DNA of 64,000 bases, taken from Clostridia bacterium. GTDB lineage: Bacteria; Bacillota; Clostridia; UMGS1883; UMGS1540. The position numbers were made by a program, and so were the translations under genes. Below, piece after piece: positions 38,590 to 47,561 of the stretch; position 1 is the first letter of the stretch; every line of letters starts with the position of its first letter. The stretch covers positions 14,622 through 78,621 of the forward strand of contig JAZSIR010000002.1 of assembly GCA_045533905.1 (NCBI GenBank), read 5' to 3'. The notes under the pieces were generated by a model, which worked only from the letters and a program-made list of their open reading frames with translations, did no database searches and was not told where the DNA came from.

Positions 38590-38719
38590 AAAAAGGCCGT
38601 TCCCCCAAAAAGGCGGAACGGCCATACTACTGCCCTATTTGAAATTCCGCCTTCGCGGTCGGGACGAACCCTTCCTCTCAGGTTTCTTTCAGTATAGCAT
38701 ATTTCGATATATCCGTCAA
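38590..38719 (-). promoter_or_regulatory. Sigma-A promoter plus attenuator leader of the hyd maturase operon
   Basis: TTGACG-N17-TATACT (38719-38691); terminator GGCCGUUCC/GGAACGGCC-UUUUU (38623-38590) with a competing antiterminator. Confidence 0.7.
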
Positions 38720-38724
38720 GCTTT

Positions 38725-39516
38725 TTATTCACCAAGCGCCGCCAGCTCTTTTTTGGCGCAGGCAAGAACGAACGGATACGTATTCTTCTGCAGAATTTTC
38801 CCGTATACATTTCTGGCTTCCTTCAGCTTACCAAGCTTTGCAAGGCTTCTGGCCTCAAAAAGCTGGAGTCTCGCAAGGGAATGTCTATCCTCAAATCCGC
38901 GGCTTCTCGCAGTTTCCAGAGCGTCCAGCGTTTCTTCATACTTTTCGTCCGCATAATAGAGAAGCGCGCGCGAAAACCGAACGTGCGCAAGCGAAATCGC
39001 CTCGCCCGCCTTTTCAAAAAGCGGTTGTCCCTTCGTATAGGCTGCTTCCGCACGGACCAGCTGCCCGTTTTCCGCACAAAACGCGGCGAGGTTGCTGTAA
39101 TACATTGCCCTTGAAATCTTATCGGCAGCGGACATATCCATCGCATCCATCACACGGATGGCCTCTCCATACTCACCCATCGCCTCATATCCGACAGCAA
39201 GGTTTAAAGAAAGCGTTTCCTTTACCGCACGGTTACGCGTTTTTGCGATTGCCTTTTCGGATTCCCGCACAAACTTTTCCGGGTCTGCTTCCTTATACAG
39301 AATGTCAAGAAGCGTATCGGCGAGCTTTCTTCCGCGGACGCTCCGTATGCCGTAAAAGAGTGCAAGCCCCACGGCCAGTGCCAGAAAAAGCACAATGCCG
39401 AGCATCTGCAAATAGCCTCCTCCCAGAAAAATCAGATAGAAGAAGGAAATACCGAGACCAAGACCTACGGGCGCGCCGATTGCAAAGCCTATAAACTGAC
39501 GCATACGATTATTCAT
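38725..39516 (-). CDS. Membrane-anchored TPR-like protein
   Basis: Two N-terminal TM helices followed by helical TPR-like repeats (NLAVGY..MGEY.EA). Confidence 0.75.
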   Translation of the reverse strand: MNNRMRQFIGFAIGAPVGLGLGISFFYLIFLGGGYLQMLGIVLFLALAVGLALFYGIRSVRGRKLADTLLDILYKEADPEKFVRESEKAIAKTRNRAVKETLSLNLAVGYEAMGEYGEAIRVMDAMDMSAADKISRAMYYSNLAAFCAENGQLVRAEAAYTKGQPLFEKAGEAISLAHVRFSRALLYYADEKYEETLDALETARSRGFEDRHSLARLQLFEARSLAKLGKLKEARNVYGKILQKNTYPFVLACAKKELAALGE

Positions 39517-40688
39517 CGTGCGGCCTCCTGCTTAAGTGCCGCAAGGACTGTCTCAAGGCTTTCGCCGGCAGAAAAACGCTTGTAGATCGCAAGGATGCGC
39601 GCGGTATCGGTAAGGCCGCTGATATCCGCAAGCACCTCGTCTACGGTCTTTTCCGTAAGCACATCATCATACTTAAAGCAAAGTGCCGCCGCGATTGCCG
39701 CTTCGATGTAGATGGAATCCACATTCTGTTCCTGACACATACGGAGTGCACCTACGAGGCGGTCGCCACTCGAAAGCTTACGGCGAAGGTCACCGCCGAC
39801 GCGCTTTACCGTGTCGCCAAGGCCGCGGTTTGCAAAGCGGCGGATGAGATCCTGCACGTGTGCATACAGCGCCGCCGTATCGCCATTATGGCGTTTGGCA
39901 AGGGCAATGGCAGAAGCCGTCATCGCGCGGATGACCAGAAGCTCCACCGTCGGATTCTCAATAGCCTGCCAGATGTATTCGCACCCTAAAAGGTCACCAA
40001 GATACGCCGTCATCGCATGGCCCATATTGTGGATGTAGAGCTTGCGCTCGATATAGTACGAGAACGGTGCATACCAGATTACGTTCTTAATCGGCGGAAA
40101 TTCGCCGCGAACGGCTGCTTTATCAAGCGGCAGAATGTCATACGCTTCCACACAGACGCGAAGCGGATTTCCCTTTTGCATTTCGGGCGTCTGCACCGGC
40201 ACCATACGGCCGATGGACGCTTCCACAAAACCTACAAGGCTATCAAGCTTTTTGGTTTCTGCTTCCTCTAAGTTCTGGGCGATTAAATCTCTTAAAACCT
40301 TGTCGGCACCGATAAGGTTTTCGCAGATGATAATATTAAACGGTGTATCGTTGCCCTCTTCCCAGCGCTTTTTAAGGCCGCCTGCGATGGGGGCTGCAAT
40401 AAACTTCAGAATGTTTACGCCAACGGCTGTGGCCATAACGTCTGCCTTTGCAATCGCTTCCGCTACAAGCTCGGGCTTTTTACCGTCCACACAGGAAATA
40501 TTCTCTGCCCATTCCTCGCGCACGCCATCCTCCACCAGAATATCTACGGGATAGCGGTGGGAAGCGTTCATAGCCTCAATAACCGTATCGTTTACATCTA
40601 CAAACGATACTTCATAACCGGACTGCGAAAGGAGAAGGCCAATAAACCCTCTTCCAATATTACCGGCTCCGTACATTACTGCGCGCAT
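39513..40688 (-). CDS. mtlD: Mannitol-1-phosphate 5-dehydrogenase family
   Basis: YGAGNIGRGFIG, TAVG, CEN, RMVP, ERKLYIHNMGHA, RKL...DRL. Confidence 0.85.
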   Translation of the reverse strand: MRAVMYGAGNIGRGFIGLLLSQSGYEVSFVDVNDTVIEAMNASHRYPVDILVEDGVREEWAENISCVDGKKPELVAEAIAKADVMATAVGVNILKFIAAPIAGGLKKRWEEGNDTPFNIIICENLIGADKVLRDLIAQNLEEAETKKLDSLVGFVEASIGRMVPVQTPEMQKGNPLRVCVEAYDILPLDKAAVRGEFPPIKNVIWYAPFSYYIERKLYIHNMGHAMTAYLGDLLGCEYIWQAIENPTVELLVIRAMTASAIALAKRHNGDTAALYAHVQDLIRRFANRGLGDTVKRVGGDLRRKLSSGDRLVGALRMCQEQNVDSIYIEAAIAAALCFKYDDVLTEKTVDEVLADISGLTDTARILAIYKRFSAGESLETVLAALKQEAAR

Positions 40689-40701
40689 TGTTTCTTCCTC
40701 C

Positions 40702-42369
40702 TTATACTTCCGTAATGACCGGCAGAATAACCGGCTTCCGTTTTGTTTTTTCAAAAATGAACTCGCCAAGCATATTGCGGATGGCTGTTTTCATACCGTT
40801 CCAGTCGCCATTCCCATGGCTTTTTGCCGAAAGGACGGCATCGGTCACAATGTCCTTCATTTCCTCAATAAGGTCCTCACTCTCGCGGACATAGACAAAG
40901 CCGCGGGAGATGATATCGGGCCCTGCAAGAATTTCCTTTTCTGCGGAAAGCGTAACCACGGCCACGATAAGGCCTTCCTCACCGAGATGCTTACGGTCAC
41001 GAAGCACAATGTTTCCGACATCGCCGACGCCGCTACCGTCTACAAGCACCTGCCCTGCTGCCACATTGCCGCAGACGGCGGCGCCGTCCTCCGTCATTTC
41101 GAGAACTTCGCCGAGGCCCATAACAAATATGTTTTCCGGTGCCACTCCCATAAGCTCACCCAGCCGCGCGTGGCGCACCAGATGGCGGTGCTCCCCGTGC
41201 ACGGGGATGAAGTATTTCGGTTTTACAAGACCGAGCATAAGCTTCAGTTCCTCGCTGCAGGCGTGACCTGAAACGTGCACTTCGGCAAGCGATTCGTAAA
41301 TAACCTCCGCACCCTTTTTGAAAAGCTCATTAATAACGGACGAAACGGCTTTTTCATTACCGGGAATGGGATTTGCAGATAAGATAACAATATCCCCGTA
41401 CCCAATTTCCACACTTTTATGGTCCGAAAATGCCATACGGGTAAGAGCGCTCATCGGCTCGCCCTGGCTGCCGGTAGTAACAATGACAAGCTGCTGGGGC
41501 TTGAAGCGGTTGATATCCTCAATCGGGATAAGCGTTCCACGCGGGATGTGCAGATAGCCAAGCTCTGTGGCCACTTCGCACATCGTCAGCATACTGCGGC
41601 CCAAAATGGCCACCTTACGCTTCTGGCGGACGGCGGAATTGACAATCTGCTGAATGCGGTGTACATTTGAAGCGAAGGAAGCTACGATGATGCGCTTATC
41701 CGAAGAGTTTTCAAAAATTTCGTCGAAGCGTTCCCCAACGGTGCGCTCACTCATTGTATACCCTGCGCGTTCCACATTCGTACTGTCGGAAAAGAGCGCT
41801 AAAACGCCTGCTTTTCCAAGATCGCCAAAGCGCGTTAAGTTAATCATTTCACCATTTATGGGCGTGCAGTCAATCTTAAAGTCGCCCGTGTGCACCAAAA
41901 CGCCGACGGGCGTGTGAATCGCAACGGCAAGTGCCCCTGCGATGCTGTGGTTTACATTGATGAACTCCACCTTGAAGTTCTGGCCGATTTTCTTCATGGA
42001 GCCGGGCTTTACCGTGCAAAGCTCCACCTCCGAAGCCATACCGTGTTCGCGAAGCTTGTGTTCGACGAGCCCCAGCGTCATACGGCTACCGTAAATCGGC
42101 GCATTGAAGGTTTTGAAAGCATACGGCACGCCGCCGATATGGTCCTCGTGCCCGTGTGTGAGGATGACGCCGCAAACCTTCTTCCTATTTTGGGCAATAT
42201 AAGAAGTGTCGGGAATTACAAGGTCAATCCCGAGCATGCTTTCACTTGGGAAGGCCAGGCCGCAATCTATGACCAGGATTTCCTCTCCGTACTCGATTAC
42301 GGTTACATTTTTTCCGATCTCATCGAGCCCCCCCAGCGGAATAATTTTAAGTTTTTCTTGTTTCGACAC
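40702..42369 (-). CDS. rnj: Ribonuclease J
   Basis: PLGGL.EIGKN, THGHEDHIG, HTGDFK, GSQGEP, HVSGH, PVHGE. Confidence 0.97.
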   Translation of the reverse strand: MSKQEKLKIIPLGGLDEIGKNVTVIEYGEEILVIDCGLAFPSESMLGIDLVIPDTSYIAQNRKKVCGVILTHGHEDHIGGVPYAFKTFNAPIYGSRMTLGLVEHKLREHGMASEVELCTVKPGSMKKIGQNFKVEFINVNHSIAGALAVAIHTPVGVLVHTGDFKIDCTPINGEMINLTRFGDLGKAGVLALFSDSTNVERAGYTMSERTVGERFDEIFENSSDKRIIVASFASNVHRIQQIVNSAVRQKRKVAILGRSMLTMCEVATELGYLHIPRGTLIPIEDINRFKPQQLVIVTTGSQGEPMSALTRMAFSDHKSVEIGYGDIVILSANPIPGNEKAVSSVINELFKKGAEVIYESLAEVHVSGHACSEELKLMLGLVKPKYFIPVHGEHRHLVRHARLGELMGVAPENIFVMGLGEVLEMTEDGAAVCGNVAAGQVLVDGSGVGDVGNIVLRDRKHLGEEGLIVAVVTLSAEKEILAGPDIISRGFVYVRESEDLIEEMKDIVTDAVLSAKSHGNGDWNGMKTAIRNMLGEFIFEKTKRKPVILPVITEV

Positions 42370-42412
42370 AATATATCCTCCATATTTATTTTCCGATCAT
42401 TAATTCCTACGT

Positions 42413-42441
42413 AGTATACCACTTTTTGCCGTATAAGTCAA
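42413..42441 (-). promoter_or_regulatory. Sigma-A promoter of rnj
   Basis: TTGACT-N17-TATACT with TG extension. Confidence 0.7.
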
Positions 42442-42568
42442 GCCTTTCCTTACAGAGATTTTATCCGCCGCGCACGGCTTCTATTCCTTTTTTATAAAAA
42501 AACCCCTTACCTCTTCCCAAACACGTCGATTTATGATATACTCATAAAAAACGGATGGAGGAAGGCGT

Positions 42569-43585
42569 ATGCAAAAAGTACTTGTCGGCATGAGCGGCGG
42601 CGTGGACAGCACGGCCGCAGTGCTTCTCCTAAAAGAGCAGGGCTACGAGGTGGAAGGGCTCACGCTCTGGCTTTGCGGAGACGAAAGCGGCCATAAAGAA
42701 GCCGCACGCGTAGCCACAGAGCTTGGCATTTCGCATACCACAATCGATATGCGCGCCGAATTTGAAACGCTTGTAAAAGCACCGTTTTGCGCCGCCTATC
42801 AAAAGGGGCAAACGCCGAACCCCTGCGTTTTCTGTAATGCGGGCATTAAGTTTTCCGCTCTCGCCACCTTTGCGGATGCACACGATATTCCGTACATTGC
42901 CACGGGGCATTATGCAAGGCTTTCCGAGGTAAACGGGCAAAAAGTTTTCGCAAAAAGCGGTGACATCAAAAAAGACCAGACGTACTTTTTAAGTCAGGTG
43001 CCGCCCGCACTTCTCCCCCGTCTACTTCTTCCGCTCGGCGATTTTACGAAGGACGAAATCCGGAAGAAAGCCGCCTGTGCCGGTCTTTCTGCCGCTGAGA
43101 AAGCGGACAGCCAGGAAATCTGCTTTGTGCCGGAAAATGACTATATTTCGTTTTTGGAGGACACAATGAAGGTCGCCCCGAAAGAGGGCAAAATTTTAGA
43201 TGAAAACGGCTATATGGTTGGCCTCCACGAGGGCATCCACCGTTATACCATCGGCCAGCGAAAGGGCCTTGGTGCTTTCGGGAAAAAGGTGTTTGTGACG
43301 GCGATAAACCCCGAAGAGAACACCGTTACCATCGGGGAAAATGCGGCGCTCTTCTCGAAAGGTCTTGTGGCAGAAAACATAAATACCTTCCTCCCTATAG
43401 AAGGCGAGGTTTCCGTGAAAATCCGCTCTGCCGCACCGTGCACGGAAGCTATATGCCGTATAGAGGGCGCGCGGGCGCATATCACCTTCCAAGAGCCGCA
43501 ACGGGCCGTGACGCCCGGGCAGACCGTGGCGATATACAGAGGGGACGTTCTCCTCGGCGGCGGCACTATCGTTTCCGCTATATAA
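42569..43585 (+). CDS. mnmA: tRNA 2-thiouridylase MnmA
   Basis: MSGGVDS, TPNPCV.CN, ATGHYA, KDQTYFL, DSQEICF, YTIGQRKG. Confidence 0.96.
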   Translation: MQKVLVGMSGGVDSTAAVLLLKEQGYEVEGLTLWLCGDESGHKEAARVATELGISHTTIDMRAEFETLVKAPFCAAYQKGQTPNPCVFCNAGIKFSALATFADAHDIPYIATGHYARLSEVNGQKVFAKSGDIKKDQTYFLSQVPPALLPRLLLPLGDFTKDEIRKKAACAGLSAAEKADSQEICFVPENDYISFLEDTMKVAPKEGKILDENGYMVGLHEGIHRYTIGQRKGLGAFGKKVFVTAINPEENTVTIGENAALFSKGLVAENINTFLPIEGEVSVKIRSAAPCTEAICRIEGARAHITFQEPQRAVTPGQTVAIYRGDVLLGGGTIVSAI

Positions 43586-43596
43586 TCCCAAAATAG

Positions 43597-43629
43597 AAAG
43601 AAGGCATACCAAGTGGTATGCCTTCTTTT
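43597..43629. terminator. Bidirectional terminator
   Basis: aaagaaggcatacca/tggtatgccttcttt. Confidence 0.9.
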
Positions 43630-43640
43630 GTGTCTTTATC

Positions 43641-45773
43641 TTATCTAAAGAGCGAGAGGCTGCGGATTACCGGGCCGAGTGTGTTTGCAACGGTGGACAT
43701 CATCTTGATGAAGATGTCAAGTGCAACACCTACAACGTCCTTACGTGTGTCACCAATGGTGTCACCGGTAACAGCTGCCTTGTGTGCTGCGCTACCCTTG
43801 CCGTGGCCTTCGAGAGCGCCGCTTTCGATGTACTTCTTGGCATTATCGAATGCACCGCCGGAGTTACCCATGAAGAGTGCACGCGGAATTGCGCAAATGG
43901 TAGCACCAACTAAGATACCGCCAACAAATTCGAGACCGAAGAAGATACCGCCTACGATCGGGATGAGGAGTGCGAGTACGGAGGGCAGGAGCATCTTGCG
44001 AAGTGCTTCTTTTGCAGCCATCTGTACGCAGCGGTTGTAGTCCGGCTTTACGGTGCCTTCCAAAACGCCGGGGATGGAGAGCTGACGGTCGCCTTCTACT
44101 GCCATGTACTTTGCAGAGTCAATGGTGTTGTCTGTAAGAAGTGCAGAGAAGTATTCGATCAGAGCACCACCGATGATAGCACCGGCGATAACAACGAAGG
44201 AAGCAATGTTGAGAACCGGTTCGCCTTCGCCTGCGGCGAGGAAGCTCTGTACATAGGCAACGATAAGAGAAACAGTTGCAAATGCAGCGGAGCCGATAGC
44301 AAAGCCCTTACCGATAGCAGCTGTGGTGTTACCTACAGAGTCAAGCTTATCGGTGATTTTACGTACATCTGCATGGAGGTGGCAGGATTCTGCAAGACCG
44401 CCTGCATTGTCAGCAATCGGACCGAAAGCGTCGATAGAAACGGTAGCGCCTACGAATGCGAGCATACCGAGAGCGGAAAGTGCAATGCCGTATACGCCGC
44501 AAATCCAGCCTGCACCAAAGAGTGCAATACCGATAAGAAGAATCGGGAAGAGGCAGGAACGGGAACCTACAGCGTCACCCTTGGTTACGATGAAGGCTTC
44601 GCCTTCGGGTGCCATTTCAGCAAGGCGACGAGTGGGCTTAAAGTCTGCACTTGTGTAGTATTCTGTTAAAGAACCGATTGCGATACCGCAGATAACGCCG
44701 AATACGCTACAGATCCACGGTGTAATCCAGCCGAACTTAAAGACTTCCGGAAGTACCTGACCTGCGAAGGCAAGGTAGGAAGCACCAAGACCCAAAAGCG
44801 AGGTAAGACCTGCAGAAATCCAAGTGGCAAGGTTTAATTCCTTAGAGGGATTGTCGCCCATCTTACGAATGGCTGCATAGCCAAGACCGATAACGCAGCT
44901 GAGCATACCGCAGCCTGCAAGTGTTACCGGGAAAACCCAAGCAGCGTTGAACATTTCAGTTCCGATTACGCCGGTTGTAAGAAGCGTAATAGCAATCATA
45001 ATAGCTGCAGACATAGTAGCAACAAAGCTTTCAAGAAGGTCGGAGCAGTTACCGGCAATGTCGTTTACGTTGTCGCCGATAAAGTCAGCTACTACGTTCG
45101 GCACGCGGCTGTCATCTTCCGGCATGTCGTTACGAACCTTTGCCAAAATATCAGAAGAAATGTCAGCAGCCTTTGTGTAGTTACCGCCGGCTACACGGTT
45201 GAACATAGCAACGAGGGAGCAGCCGAGGGAGTATGTAGTAATACGCATAACAGTAGCATTTGCGCCCATACCTGTTACAAAGCCTGCGCCCGTTTTCGTT
45301 AAAGATTCCGGATCAAGATCCCAGATGAAGAGCACGGCCAAAAGACCGAAAAGACCAAATGCCTGTACGCTCAAACCGCTGATACTGCCGCCGCAAAGGG
45401 CAACTTTGACGGTTTCGCCGATGGAGAGAGATTCCTTCGCCTTGTTTGCAGTGCGTACGTTTGCGTATGTGGCGCTGCGCATACCGAGAATGCAAACTGC
45501 GCTACTCATAAGAGCACCGATAATCAAGGTGAGACCGCTCGTCTTTTCAATGAAAAGGCTGAAAAGAAGAGCAACAACGAGAACTACGATTGCAATGGCG
45601 CGGAATTCCGTCTTCAAAAACGCAGATGCGCCATCACGGATAATGCCAGCCATTTCAACCATTTCTTCTGTGCCTTCGTTCATCTTGCGAATGCGAACGT
45701 AGTTGAAAGCAACGTAAGCGAGCGCAAGTGCAACAACGGCAAACAGAACGCCTAAAATTGTAGAGATATTCAT
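43641..45773 (-). CDS. hppA: Membrane-bound ion-translocating pyrophosphatase (divergent, K+-dependent signature)
   Basis: YTKAAD, PEDD, EYYTS, DAFGPIADNAGG, GNTTAAIGKGF, DNAKK, GDT.GD..KD; many TM helices. Confidence 0.92.
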   Translation of the reverse strand: MNISTILGVLFAVVALALAYVAFNYVRIRKMNEGTEEMVEMAGIIRDGASAFLKTEFRAIAIVVLVVALLFSLFIEKTSGLTLIIGALMSSAVCILGMRSATYANVRTANKAKESLSIGETVKVALCGGSISGLSVQAFGLFGLLAVLFIWDLDPESLTKTGAGFVTGMGANATVMRITTYSLGCSLVAMFNRVAGGNYTKAADISSDILAKVRNDMPEDDSRVPNVVADFIGDNVNDIAGNCSDLLESFVATMSAAIMIAITLLTTGVIGTEMFNAAWVFPVTLAGCGMLSCVIGLGYAAIRKMGDNPSKELNLATWISAGLTSLLGLGASYLAFAGQVLPEVFKFGWITPWICSVFGVICGIAIGSLTEYYTSADFKPTRRLAEMAPEGEAFIVTKGDAVGSRSCLFPILLIGIALFGAGWICGVYGIALSALGMLAFVGATVSIDAFGPIADNAGGLAESCHLHADVRKITDKLDSVGNTTAAIGKGFAIGSAAFATVSLIVAYVQSFLAAGEGEPVLNIASFVVIAGAIIGGALIEYFSALLTDNTIDSAKYMAVEGDRQLSIPGVLEGTVKPDYNRCVQMAAKEALRKMLLPSVLALLIPIVGGIFFGLEFVGGILVGATICAIPRALFMGNSGGAFDNAKKYIESGALEGHGKGSAAHKAAVTGDTIGDTRKDVVGVALDIFIKMMSTVANTLGPVIRSLSLFR

Positions 45774-45848
45774 GCTTTTTCCTCCTATTCTTTTGTTTTA
45801 CCAAAAGCCTTACGAAAAGACTTTTGGCATGAAGCATAAATTGTGGAC

Positions 45849-45878
45849 ATTATATCATTTTTTTCCTATTCCTGTCAA
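45849..45878 (-). promoter_or_regulatory. Sigma-A promoter of hppA
   Basis: TTGACA-N18-TATAAT with TG extension. Confidence 0.7.
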
Positions 45879-45940
45879 TATAAAATGCTATTTTTTTGCG
45901 AAAAATATTTTAATAGGAAGAAACTTTTTCATTTTTGGTC

Positions 45941-45977
45941 AAAAGAAAAGCGAAGTACGCACGAGTGCGTACTTCGC
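45941..45977 (-). terminator. Terminator after noc
   Basis: gcgaagtacgcac/gtgcgtacttcgc with a U tract on the minus strand. Confidence 0.85.
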
Positions 45978-45981
45978 CTCC

Positions 45982-46791
45982 CTATTTATCGATGCGGATA
46001 GTGTATTCATAATAGTCTTCAAATTCTGTCTTTTTCGTTTTCGGTGTAACACCTGCTTTCCGTACCATTTCAAGCGCTTTGTCGATGGTATTTAGGAATA
46101 TGCGGTAGTCATTTTTCTTGCGGCGCACGCGCGGAGGTGTCTCCTTTTTTTCTTCGGGAATTTCCCCCTCCAAAAGCGCATCTATGTAGGCATCGGTTGC
46201 ACGGACGTTCATATTCTTTTCCACAATCTTCATCAGCGCTTTCCATTGCATTTCCTCATCGGGAAGGCGCAGAAGCGCACGGGCGTGGCGTTCGGTGAGC
46301 TTATTGTCAGAAACGATTTTTTTAAGATACGGCGAAAGCTTCAGGATGCGGAGCTTGTTGGCGACGGTGGACTGCTTCTTCCCCGTTTTCATAGCCACTT
46401 CTTCCTGCGTCATGCCATGGTCGGCAATGAGGCGGTGGTACCCTTCTGCCTCCTCAAAAAATCCGAGTTCTTTTCTCTGGAGATTTTCGATAAGCGCGAT
46501 GACGGCGCTGTCATCATCATTGATATTTAAAATGAGCGCCGGAATGGTGGGTTTTCGAAGTGACTTTGCCGCGCGAAGGCGCCGCTCGCCCGTGACAAGC
46601 TCATATAAATCCCTTGAAATCCGCCGCACGGTAATCGGCTGAATGATGCCGTATTCGCGAATGGAACCGGCAAGTTCCTCAATGGCGAGATTATCAAACG
46701 TCTGCCGCGGCTGATAGGGGTTTGGAATAATCGAATCCACGGGCAAGTGGAACACGCGGTTTTTATCGTCCTGCAATTTAAAATTTAACAT
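45982..46791 (-). CDS. noc: Nucleoid occlusion protein / ParB family
   Basis: PNPYQPR, GERRLRA, ENLQR, HTH TQEEVA..GKKQSTVANKLR, LTERHAR; follows rsmG. Confidence 0.85.
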   Translation of the reverse strand: MLNFKLQDDKNRVFHLPVDSIIPNPYQPRQTFDNLAIEELAGSIREYGIIQPITVRRISRDLYELVTGERRLRAAKSLRKPTIPALILNINDDDSAVIALIENLQRKELGFFEEAEGYHRLIADHGMTQEEVAMKTGKKQSTVANKLRILKLSPYLKKIVSDNKLTERHARALLRLPDEEMQWKALMKIVEKNMNVRATDAYIDALLEGEIPEEKKETPPRVRRKKNDYRIFLNTIDKALEMVRKAGVTPKTKKTEFEDYYEYTIRIDK

Positions 46792-46865
46792 ATATGCATC
46801 ACCTCGGAAAAATATTACCATATTTTTCCAGCGGTGTAAAGAAAAAATTTCCGACTTCTTTCGTA

Positions 46866-47561
46866 TCAAGAAATCGGAGATTTTTGCGGTTTTCCGGCTT
46901 TTCTGGGGTACTGGCGCGGCGTTTGTCGCTTTTTCTCAATGACGATGACAACGTGCGACAAGTCCCCCCACGAAACGTCACAAATTTCGCGGATTTCTCC
47001 GCCTAAAATTTTTATAGCTTTCTCGGCTTTTTCGGCTTCTTCTCTCCCGTCGCGCCCTTTAAGCGCCAAAAATACGCCGCCGCATTTTACGAGCGGAAGG
47101 CAGTATTCGCAAAGAACGGGAAGGTTTGCCACGGCGCGGGCAATTGCCACGTCATACGCCTCGCGATGGGCGCTGTGCCCTGCATCCTCTGCCCTTGTGT
47201 GCACCGTTTCGGCTTTTTCAAGACCAAGTTCTGAAATAACGGTATCTAAAAACGAAAGGCGTTTTGCGAGAGAATCCATAAGCGTTACGGAAATATCGTC
47301 GCGCACGATTTTTAAAGGAATGCCGGGGAAGCCTGCACCCGTGCCCACATCCGCGACGCTTGCGCCTTCGGGGATAAGGCGTTGGCAGCTGATGCTATCC
47401 ACAAAGTGCTTATCCACCACCTCGTCATGCGCGGTGATGGCGGTGAGATTCATTTTTTCGTTCCACTCGATGAGTAGCTTTTCGTATGCGGAAAATCGGG
47501 CGCAAATTTCCTCTGTCGGGTCAATCCCAAAGGAAGCGAGCCCTTTTTTAAGGTTTTCCAT
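46866..47561 (-). CDS. rsmG: 16S rRNA m7G527 methyltransferase
   Basis: WNEKMNLTAI, HFVDS, DVGTGAGFPG, ARAVA, YPRK.G.P. Confidence 0.96.
   Translation of the reverse strand: MENLKKGLASFGIDPTEEICARFSAYEKLLIEWNEKMNLTAITAHDEVVDKHFVDSISCQRLIPEGASVADVGTGAGFPGIPLKIVRDDISVTLMDSLAKRLSFLDTVISELGLEKAETVHTRAEDAGHSAHREAYDVAIARAVANLPVLCEYCLPLVKCGGVFLALKGRDGREEAEKAEKAIKILGGEIREICDVSWGDLSHVVIVIEKKRQTPRQYPRKAGKPQKSPIS

Noticed and set aside
38655-38690. TPP or ykkC-type riboswitch call for the hyd leader
   Set aside because: Only short fragments (CUGAGA, AGGGUUC) match and the remaining conserved helices are absent. Kept as an unknown attenuator instead.
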